A stretch of DNA of 33,531 nucleotides, filler included, from Candidatus Delongbacteria bacterium (lineage in GTDB: Bacteria; UBA4055): the NCBI GenBank assembly GCA_016937995.1. It is 2 parts of 2 records of this genome, joined end to end, with 100 filler letters (N's around TTAATTAATTAA, not from the genome) between each part and the next. Parts side by side here need not be neighbours in the genome. Positions count along the whole stretch, not along the records: positions 13,923 to 33,531 come from JAFGVM010000055.1; 1 more part is not named here. One strand, 5' to 3'. Positions 26,609 to 33,531 of the stretch are shown piece by piece. Within the stretch, counting starts at the first letter, position 1. Every line of letters begins with the position of its first letter. Below the pieces are notes generated by a model. That model saw only the letters and a program-made list of their open reading frames with translations. It was not told the DNA's origin and did no database searches. The translations under genes and the position numbers were made by a program.

Positions 26609-27499
26609 ATGCAAAACTTACCCGTAATAATATTCCTTATCATCTTCCCTTTCTTTCTCTACCTGTTATTCAAATATCTTGGAAAAAGGGCAAAATGGAA
26701 AGATCCGACAGAGCCTTTTCCGGTTAAATGGAGAAATATCCTGTCCGACAAAGTTGATTTTTATTTTGATTTGAATGACGAGGAAAAAACACTTTTTGAA
26801 TTCAAAGTCCAGCAGTTTCTATTAAATACAAGGATAACCGGTATTGAAACAGATGTTGATGATACTGACAGAGTGCTTGTTGCTGCAAGTGCAGTAATAC
26901 CGATATTTCAATTTCGGAACTGGATATATTCAAATCTTTATGAAGTTCTGCTTTACTCTGATTCTTTCAATGATGATTTTAAGACCGAAGGTAAGGATAG
27001 GAATATTCTCGGAATGGTAGGTACAGGCTATATGGAGGGAAAGATGATACTTTCAAAAAGTTCTCTTTATCATGGTTTTGCTAATGAAAATGATAAATCT
27101 AATACCGCGATACATGAATTTGTTCATCTGATAGATAAAGCTGACGGAGTGATCGACGGGATCCCGTCTTTATTACTTGATAGGCAGTACTCCATACCGT
27201 GGATAGAATTGATGAGAAAAAGTATTGATGAAATTTATGAAGGAATGTCTGATATAAATCCTTACGGAGCAACCAACAAAGCAGAATTTTTCTCGGTTAT
27301 CAGTGAATATTTCTTTGAAAACCCTAAACTGCTGGAAGACAAACATCCTGAACTGTATAAATACCTTGAAAAAATATTCCACGTTGACCTTGCGGAAAGA
27401 GCAAAAGATCACAAGAAGAAATCTATTTCCCGAAACGATCCCTGCCCATGCGGAAGTGGGAAGAAATTTAAAAAATGTTGCGGAAAAGAGCATTTTTAA
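26609..27499 (+). CDS. MtfA-like (peptidase M90) zinc-dependent peptidase with N-terminal TM helix and C-terminal SEC-C motif
   Basis: HEFVHLID, YGATNKAEFFSVISEYFFE.P, RNDPCPCGSGKKFKKCC. Confidence 0.88.
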   Translation: MQNLPVIIFLIIFPFFLYLLFKYLGKRAKWKDPTEPFPVKWRNILSDKVDFYFDLNDEEKTLFEFKVQQFLLNTRITGIETDVDDTDRVLVAASAVIPIFQFRNWIYSNLYEVLLYSDSFNDDFKTEGKDRNILGMVGTGYMEGKMILSKSSLYHGFANENDKSNTAIHEFVHLIDKADGVIDGIPSLLLDRQYSIPWIELMRKSIDEIYEGMSDINPYGATNKAEFFSVISEYFFENPKLLEDKHPELYKYLEKIFHVDLAERAKDHKKKSISRNDPCPCGSGKKFKKCCGKEHF

Positions 27500-27692
27500 A
27501 ACATGAATATCCAATAGCCAACACGGAATAACCAATCATGAAGTGAATCCGTAAAGAAATGCTACCACACCAAACAGGATACGACCCAATTACCCTCCCC
27601 GTCTAAATTAGCAGTTCAACAAGACGGAGATTCGCACGATACTGCTATAAAATAGCAATATATAAGAGGTAAGAAACTTGAACTGCCTTGAA

Positions 27693-27764
27693 TTTTGGTT
27701 ACTTTGTTTCAAGACAAAGTAACGTAAGAAAATAGATTGCCACACACATTGTGTTCGCAATGAC
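27693..27764. repeat. Two REP-like palindromes
   Basis: GTTACTTTGT-ttcaag-ACAAAGTAAC (27698-27723) and AGATTGCCACAC...GTGTTCGCAATGAC (27734-27764). Confidence 0.6.
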
Positions 27765-27769
27765 AATAT

Positions 27770-27860
27770 GCAGGGGCGTTATTCATAACACCCTAAAATC
27801 CAAAAAACAATCATATGAATTTTTTTTCGACAAGTTGGGCGTAATAAATTACGCCCCTAC
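27770..27860. repeat. Inverted pair of GTAG-type REP palindromes (REPIN-like doublet)
   Basis: GCAGGGGCGTTATTCATAACACCC (27770-27793) and the reverse complement GTAGGGGCGTAATTTATTACGCCC (27860-27837); 19/24 identical, 43-bp spacer. Confidence 0.65.
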
Positions 27861-27958
27861 TTGCATTTTACGCACTTTTTTCTATTTTTTTTCGAAACTT
27901 TTTATCAAAAAAAAAGTTAAACGTAGTTTAAAACAATATAATATTGGAGAAATTGTGT

Positions 27959-28903
27959 ATGATCAGGATTGAAAATCTTAGTAAGGACTATGGAAAATTC
28001 CGCGCAGTTAATTCAATCAGTTTCGAAGTGAATGACGGTGAGATCCTGGGATTTCTGGGTCCGAACGGTGCAGGTAAATCAACCACTTTAAAAGTGATCA
28101 CATCATACCTTGCACCCACAGAAGGAAACGTTTACGTTAATAACCTGAATGTTATTGACGATTCAATGGAAATAAGGGACATGATCGGTTACCTGCCTGA
28201 ATTAAACCCTTTGTACCATGAAATGAATGTTTTCGACTTTTTAAAATTCGTATCTGTATCAAGGGGTTTTGATACAAAACGATTTAAGAAACGACTTGGA
28301 GAAGTGATCGAACTCTGTGGATTGAAAGGTGTTATGCATAAGGACATCAGAGAACTGTCAAAAGGTTACAAACAGAGAGTCGGACTTGCTCAGGCAATCT
28401 TCCATGACCCTAAAATACTTATACTTGATGAACCTACCAACGGCCTTGATCCGAATCAGATAGTCGAGATAAGAGAGCTGATCAAAAATCTTGGAAAAGA
28501 AAAAACAGTTATAATAAGTTCACACATTTTACAGGAAATTCAAGCTACTGCAGACAGAATGATCATTATTAATGAGGGTAACATAGTAGCCAATGGCACT
28601 ATTGATGAACTTATGGCTGACTTCCAGGGGAAAACAAGATTGACAATGGAAATAGCTGATACTACTAAAGACGCGATCAACGATCTTAAGAAAGAATTTA
28701 TTGAGCTTAATATTACAGAGATCGGAATGAACAAAGAAAATGTGTCAGCTACCCTTGAGTATCCAAATCACCGTGACTACAGAAAAGATATTTTCAATTA
28801 TGCTGTAAATAACAAATGGGCTATCCTTGAAATGAGCAGACATAAAACAAGTCTTGAAGATGTGTTCAGGAATCTTACTGTAGAAGGAGGTAAACATGAA
28901 TAA
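27959..28903 (+). CDS. ABC-2 type ATP-binding protein, GldA-like
   Basis: GFLGPNGAGKSTT, IGYLPE.NPLY, LSKGYKQRVGLAQA, LDEPT.GLDPNQ; start ATG 27959 after GGAG. Confidence 0.9.
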   Translation: MIRIENLSKDYGKFRAVNSISFEVNDGEILGFLGPNGAGKSTTLKVITSYLAPTEGNVYVNNLNVIDDSMEIRDMIGYLPELNPLYHEMNVFDFLKFVSVSRGFDTKRFKKRLGEVIELCGLKGVMHKDIRELSKGYKQRVGLAQAIFHDPKILILDEPTNGLDPNQIVEIRELIKNLGKEKTVIISSHILQEIQATADRMIIINEGNIVANGTIDELMADFQGKTRLTMEIADTTKDAINDLKKEFIELNITEIGMNKENVSATLEYPNHRDYRKDIFNYAVNNKWAILEMSRHKTSLEDVFRNLTVEGGKHE

Positions 28904-29609
28904 AATAGCTATAATATACAAAAAAGAGCTTAAAAATTTCTTTAACTCACCTGTAGCATACATCACATTAGTTGTGTTCCTGCTGATCGGCGGATGGTTC
29001 TTCACTTCGACCCTGTTTCTGATAAATGAATCTGACCTTAGAACACTTTTTCAGGTAATACCGATAATTTACATTTTTTTCATACCGGCTATCACCATGG
29101 GGTTGATCGCCAAAGAAAGAAATGATAATACAATGGAATTTCTCACAACACTCCCTTTTGATGATAAGGATATTGTGATCGGAAAATTCCTTGCAGCTTT
29201 ATCATTGATCGGGACCGCACTTCTTTTCACACTGGTACATTTTATAACTTTAACCGTGATCGGAACAAACCTTGATGTTGGAGCTTTACTTTCAGGTTAT
29301 CTCGGTTTATTCCTTGTAGGTGGAGTTTATGCAGCAATAGGAACATTCAGTTCATCAGTGACAAATAATCAGATCACAGCATTCATAATTTCATTTTTAA
29401 TAATATTCTTATTCTTCATGATGGATAAAATATTATTCTTCGTTCCAGGATTTATGACTTCTTTCCTTCAATTTATGAGTATTGATTACCATCTCAGCAA
29501 TATATCTCGAGGCGTGATAGATTCACGGAATCTGATCTATTTTGGATCAGTGATAAGTTTCTTCTTGCTTATCAGCACTCGAATTTTAGAAATAAGAAAG
29601 TGGAGGTAG
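28896..29609 (+). CDS. ABC-2 permease, GldF-like
   Basis: KELKNFFNSPVAY, IPAITM, NQITAF, RGVIDSR; six TM segments. Confidence 0.9.
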   Translation: MNKIAIIYKKELKNFFNSPVAYITLVVFLLIGGWFFTSTLFLINESDLRTLFQVIPIIYIFFIPAITMGLIAKERNDNTMEFLTTLPFDDKDIVIGKFLAALSLIGTALLFTLVHFITLTVIGTNLDVGALLSGYLGLFLVGGVYAAIGTFSSSVTNNQITAFIISFLIIFLFFMMDKILFFVPGFMTSFLQFMSIDYHLSNISRGVIDSRNLIYFGSVISFFLLISTRILEIRKWR

Positions 29610-29612
29610 ATC

Positions 29613-31166
29613 ATGGCTAATGTAATTAACAAAAAACAATTTACAACATATATTCTACTGCTTCTGGCTATAATTCTTGTGCTTAACATTGTTTCTAAGA
29701 ATTTATTTACAAGACTGGATGTAACGGATAACAGCATGTATTCACTGTCAGAATCAAGCAAGAACATAATTGAAAAATTAGATGACCGTTTGATCGCAAA
29801 AGTCTTCTTCTCTGAAGACCTTCCGGGTAAAGCGGCCAACTCAAGAAGATTCCTGCAGGATATGCTTGAGGAGTATTCAGCATATTCAGGTGGAAGTTTT
29901 AATTTTGAGTTCATTAATCCTGACGATGATAAAGATTATCAGAAGGAAGCTATGAACTTCGGTATTCCACCTGTTCAGATCCAGGTCGTTGAAAATGATA
30001 AACTTGAGATCAAGAACGTTTATATGGGTCTTGTATTACTGTACAATGATAAAAAGGAAGTATTACCGGTCATTGAAACAACTGACGGACTTGAGTATAC
30101 AATTACCACAGCTATAAAAAAGATAACTTCCACCGGTATGAATAAGATCGGTTTTGTAACGAGGAACACAGATCCAAAAGCACATCAGAAAATGAGAGAG
30201 ATCCTTTCAGAGACATACAATATATCAAATGTCGATCTTAATAATGATATCCCTGTGGATATTAACACTTTACTGATCAATGGGTTTACCGACAGTCTTT
30301 CAGAAAATGAACTTTACAATCTTGATCAATTCATAATGAAAGGTGGAAATATCATGCTTTCACAGGGTAAGCTTGATGCAAAACTGCAACAGGGTTATGC
30401 TGAAGAGGTAAATTCTAACATATTTGAACTGCTGGAGAATTATGGAATTGAAATAAACAAAGATATGATCATCGATCAGGACTGTGGCCAGATACAGATG
30501 TCTCAAAGTCAGGGTATCTTCAGAAGAGTTAACTCAGTAGAATATCCTCCATTCCCGGTAATTCATAAATTCAACAAAGAAAATATAATCGTAAAGAACC
30601 TTGAATCAGCACGTTTATTCTTTGCAAATGAAGTAACCCCACGTGATACAATTAAAAATTTTACTCCATTACTTTTAACTTCAGATAAAACAGGTACTCT
30701 GCAGGGTCCAAGATATAATATCTACCCTATGAATAATCCCGGCATGAAATTCTTCTCAAGCTCCTCAAAAACAGTTGGAGCATTAATCAGTGGTCAGTTC
30801 AGCAGTTTTTTCAATAAAATTGAATCTGAACTTATTACAGATAAATTTTTACCAAGATCATCGAATTCTAACATATTAATAATCGGTAGTACTGATTTTT
30901 TTAATGATGCTGCTGCCGGAGGAGTACCTGAGAACATAGAATTCATTCTTAACAGTATCGATTACCTTTCAGGTGACTCAGAGTTAATAGATATAAGATC
31001 CAGAGGAATAACAGCGAGACCTTTGGAAAAGGTATCAGATGGAGGTAAAAAAATATGGAAATGGGTTAATATCCTTTTACCAGCTTTATTAGTGATACTT
31101 TTTGGATTATTCAGATGGAAAACTAACAGAAGTAAAAGAAATTTCCTGGAGGAGCTATATGGCTAA
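29613..31166 (+). CDS. GldG-family ABC auxiliary protein
   Basis: RLDVT...YSLSESS, FEFINP, YMGLVL, LEYTIT, LDQFIMKGG, N.IDYL...LIDIRSR. Confidence 0.9.
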   Translation: MANVINKKQFTTYILLLLAIILVLNIVSKNLFTRLDVTDNSMYSLSESSKNIIEKLDDRLIAKVFFSEDLPGKAANSRRFLQDMLEEYSAYSGGSFNFEFINPDDDKDYQKEAMNFGIPPVQIQVVENDKLEIKNVYMGLVLLYNDKKEVLPVIETTDGLEYTITTAIKKITSTGMNKIGFVTRNTDPKAHQKMREILSETYNISNVDLNNDIPVDINTLLINGFTDSLSENELYNLDQFIMKGGNIMLSQGKLDAKLQQGYAEEVNSNIFELLENYGIEINKDMIIDQDCGQIQMSQSQGIFRRVNSVEYPPFPVIHKFNKENIIVKNLESARLFFANEVTPRDTIKNFTPLLLTSDKTGTLQGPRYNIYPMNNPGMKFFSSSSKTVGALISGQFSSFFNKIESELITDKFLPRSSNSNILIIGSTDFFNDAAAGGVPENIEFILNSIDYLSGDSELIDIRSRGITARPLEKVSDGGKKIWKWVNILLPALLVILFGLFRWKTNRSKRNFLEELYG

Positions 31167-31680
31167 GAAAAACAATTTTATGAAGACCTATATCATAATA
31201 TTCCTTGTACTTGCAGCATTTTTGATCTTTGTTTCTCTGAGAAATAAAAAGTTCGAACAGACTTCTGAACCTGTTTTTAAAGTTAATCAGGTCAATCTTA
31301 CTTCATTCACGCTATCAAAGGGTGATGACTCAGTAACATTGTTAAAAGATGATTCTCTCTGGGTATTTCAGGAACCGGATACTGGAATGGTAGATCAAAA
31401 CAAGATCAAAACTCTACTTGAAAATACTCTAAAAATTCAGAGAACAGGATTTATTACTGATAAACCTGAAAAATACTCTCAGTTCAATGTTGATTCCAAT
31501 GCGGTGAAATTTGAGCTGTTCGTTTCAGGGCAAAAAGTTGAGGAACTATTGATAGGTAGATCAAAATCCAGCTGGTCAACTAACTATATAAAGTATCCTG
31601 TTGACCCGAAAATATATATCTCGCAGGAGTCCATTTTGAACAGAGTTCAGGAAAAAGCTGATTTCTGGAGAAAACGATAG
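31159..31680 (+). CDS. DUF4340-like membrane-anchored protein
   Basis: Start ATG 31159 after GGAGG; N-terminal TM, W, LLIG and Y motifs; usual position after gldG. Confidence 0.75.
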   Translation: MAKKNNFMKTYIIIFLVLAAFLIFVSLRNKKFEQTSEPVFKVNQVNLTSFTLSKGDDSVTLLKDDSLWVFQEPDTGMVDQNKIKTLLENTLKIQRTGFITDKPEKYSQFNVDSNAVKFELFVSGQKVEELLIGRSKSSWSTNYIKYPVDPKIYISQESILNRVQEKADFWRKR

Positions 31681-31690
31681 TTTGAAAAAT

Positions 31691-31715
31691 AAGAGCGGAT
31701 ATACAGTCCGCTCTT
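31691..31715 (+). terminator. Hairpin, probable terminator
   Basis: AAGAGCGGA-tatacag-TCCGCTCTT; short U tract. Confidence 0.55.
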
Positions 31716-31759
31716 CATGTTTAGCAGACACACTATTTCTCTTTTTATTAAAATACTTC

Positions 31760-31788
31760 TTGACATTTTTTAGTACTCCCAATATTTT
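31760..31788 (+). promoter_or_regulatory. sigma70-type promoter TTGACA-N17-TATTTT
   Basis: Perfect -35 with 17-bp spacing upstream of the DsrE gene. Confidence 0.55.
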
Positions 31789-31825
31789 TCCCACGAAAAA
31801 CAATAAAAATGATCAGGAGTAAATT

Positions 31826-32185
31826 ATGTCTAAAATGGTTATCACACTTAACAGTTCGGAAGTAAAAACAATTAATTCAGCTTTGACGGTAGCTGTCTCC
31901 GCACTTGCAATGGGAGATGAAGTAATAATGTTCGCTCTTCCGGCAGGAATGCCACTTTTCAAAAAAGGAAAACTTCATGAAATTAACCTCGCATCTCCTA
32001 AATCTCCTGACACCGAAGAAATGTTCAGTGGTTTTATTGCCTTGGGAGGAAAACTTATGATCTGTGAGCTTGGATTTGATGTAAACGGATTGAAAAAAGA
32101 AGATCTTATAGAAGATATTGAGATCGTAGGCGCAACCACATTTGTTGCCGCTGCTCAAGGTTCTGAAATTACCTTCTCTTTTTAA
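31826..32185 (+). CDS. DsrE/DsrF-like family protein
   Basis: A..MGDEVIMF, GGKLMICE, EDLIEDIEIVGATTFV, ending TFSF. Confidence 0.8.
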   Translation: MSKMVITLNSSEVKTINSALTVAVSALAMGDEVIMFALPAGMPLFKKGKLHEINLASPKSPDTEEMFSGFIALGGKLMICELGFDVNGLKKEDLIEDIEIVGATTFVAAAQGSEITFSF

Positions 32186-32208
32186 AGAAATTTACAAAAA
32201 TAATTAAC

Positions 32209-32237
32209 TTGACATTGAGTTCTTATAAAAATAACTT
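32209..32237 (+). promoter_or_regulatory. sigma70-type promoter TTGACA-N17-TAACTT
   Basis: Perfect -35 with 17-bp spacing upstream of the TusA-family gene. Confidence 0.55.
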
Positions 32238-32286
32238 ATAGTTCTAACAAACAAATGACAAAATAAATTAGATAAAGGAGAACAAA

Positions 32287-32511
32287 ATGGCACAAAAAGA
32301 ATTAGATTGTTTAGGACTTAAATGCCCTCAACCAATACTTAAAGTGGTAGCTTTAGTACCTACTATGGCAGAAGGTGATATACTTGAAATTAAAGCGGAT
32401 TGCCCGTCTTTCCCGACTGATATCAAAGCATGGTGTGACAGAACAGGAAAAACATTAATGTTCTGTATGGATGATGGCAGTGGCGTTCACTCTGCTCAGA
32501 TTCAGTTTTAG
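32287..32511 (+). CDS. TusA/SirA-family sulfurtransferase
   Basis: LDCLGLKCPQPIL, GDILEIKAD, DIKAWC..TG. Confidence 0.9.
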   Translation: MAQKELDCLGLKCPQPILKVVALVPTMAEGDILEIKADCPSFPTDIKAWCDRTGKTLMFCMDDGSGVHSAQIQF

Positions 32512-32528
32512 TGGTGATGAGAAAAAGT

Positions 32529-32565
32529 AAAAAGGCGATCAGTTAAAATTGATCGCCTTTTTTTT
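32529..32565. terminator. Bidirectional Rho-independent terminator
   Basis: AAAAAGGCGATCA...TGATCGCCTTTTTTTT between convergent genes. Confidence 0.88.
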
Positions 32566-32585
32566 ATAGAATGTAAAATAATATC

Positions 32586-33104
32586 TTATGTATTTTTACT
32601 CTTCATGTTCTTTAATTTCTTTTTAAGAAGATCTTTTTTTATTTGAGGGATCCTTGAAATGAAAAGCACACCGTCCAAATGGTCATACTCATGTTGTATT
32701 ACTCTTGCCAGCATTCCGTATGCGTTAATAATTTTTTCTTCACCGTTCAGATCAGTATACTTAACAGAGATCTCTTCAGGTCTTTCTACGATCTCATAAA
32801 TCCCCGGAACAGATAAGCACCCTTCTTCCATTTTTATACTGCCTTTTCTGTCAGTAATAACAGGATTAATAAATGCTTCTTTAAAACTTGGTACTTTTTC
32901 GCCTTGCTCATTTTCGTAACTGAGCATTGTAACAACAAAAAATCTTTTTGATATTCCAATTTGAGGTGCGGCAAGCCCTATACCATTTGCCTTAGGACAT
33001 TCAATTATCATATCTTCAATAGTATTTCTAAGATCCTCTGTTATCTCAGTTACTTCTTCAGCTATCTGGTTTAATACTTCAGCACCGTAAGTTTTTATTT
33101 CCAC
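32586..33104 (-). CDS. def: Peptide deformylase
   Basis: GIGLAAPQIG, EGCLSVPG, QHEYDHLDG. Confidence 0.97.
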   Translation of the reverse strand: MEIKTYGAEVLNQIAEEVTEITEDLRNTIEDMIIECPKANGIGLAAPQIGISKRFFVVTMLSYENEQGEKVPSFKEAFINPVITDRKGSIKMEEGCLSVPGIYEIVERPEEISVKYTDLNGEEKIINAYGMLARVIQHEYDHLDGVLFISRIPQIKKDLLKKKLKNMKSKNT

Positions 33105-33113
33105 TTTAGTCGC

Positions 33114-33449
33114 CTATTGCTTTTTTTCTAATTTTTGCTCTTTAACCTGTTCTGCAACACTGCTTTTCAGCATCTCAATATCACTATTTGCAGAAACCTT
33201 AATAACAAATGTTTGGTCCCTGACTTCTACGATAGTTCCATATATCCCACCGATAGTAACCACTTTATCACCCTTAGTCAGTTCTGTAAGCATTTGCTTC
33301 TGCTCTTTAGCTTTTTTACTTTGTGGTCTTATCATTAAAAAATAAATAATGAATATGATCAAAATAAACGGGACCATTCCTGCAAAACCACTTCCCTGCT
33401 CTCCACCCTGTCCTGCCTGTGACATAGCTATTAAATCGTATGTGTTCAT
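33114..33449 (-). CDS. yajC: Preprotein translocase subunit YajC
   Basis: YFLMIRPQ.K, GDKVVTIGGIYG. Confidence 0.96.
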   Translation of the reverse strand: MNTYDLIAMSQAGQGGEQGSGFAGMVPFILIIFIIYFLMIRPQSKKAKEQKQMLTELTKGDKVVTIGGIYGTIVEVRDQTFVIKVSANSDIEMLKSSVAEQVKEQKLEKKQ

Positions 33450-33531
33450 GCTCTCTCCAAATTAGTTTTTAGGTTTCTAAATATAAGTTTTCGGCTTTAT
33501 CATTGCAAGATTATTTATCATAAACTTTTCC

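Noticed and set aside
27500-27690. Possible riboswitch or ncRNA
   Set aside because: Only short stems (CCGTCT/AGACGG, TGCTAT/ATAGCA) are visible and no family motif is recognisable. An Rfam/Infernal search would settle it.
27751-27972. 73-aa ORF
   Set aside because: It is read through REP-like palindromes and homopolymer promoter DNA.
27959-31166. Gliding motility claim
   Set aside because: GldA/F/G-like ABC systems are widespread in non-gliders, and no motor genes are in the window.

Overview
AT-rich bacterial DNA, apparently from an anaerobe-like diderm of the FCB group. The protein style suggests Ca. Delongbacteria or a relative, but that is inference only. The window is two contigs joined by an artificial linker (44 N, TTAATTAATTAA, 44 N; 13823-13922). 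The left contig holds at least four tandem paralogous Sec-secreted fibre-like proteins, two with peptidase S74 chaperones. They lie directly downstream of a soluble-adenylyl-cyclase-like gene (two cyclase domains, STAND ATPase, TPR), with a CRP-type site at the class II (-41.5) position between them. A 2-oxoacid:ferredoxin oxidoreductase operon follows. The right contig holds a phosphate-starvation island (phoB-phoR-pstB-phoU, porin, pstSCA) extended by arsC, a NIP-like aquaporin, a signal-peptide-bearing pyrophosphatase and a rhodanese. Five promoters, including those of the two arsenic-related genes, share an 11-bp-phased TAACA Pho-box-like array, and no arsR is present. Intergenic regions contain many small elements: a four-helix-bundle pseudogene bracketed by inverted heptamer repeats, an empty heptamer hairpin, a 124-bp MITE-like element and REP-like palindromes. 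The window ends with an APH-family kinase, an MtfA-like peptidase, a GldA/F/G-like ABC system, DsrE/TusA, def and yajC.
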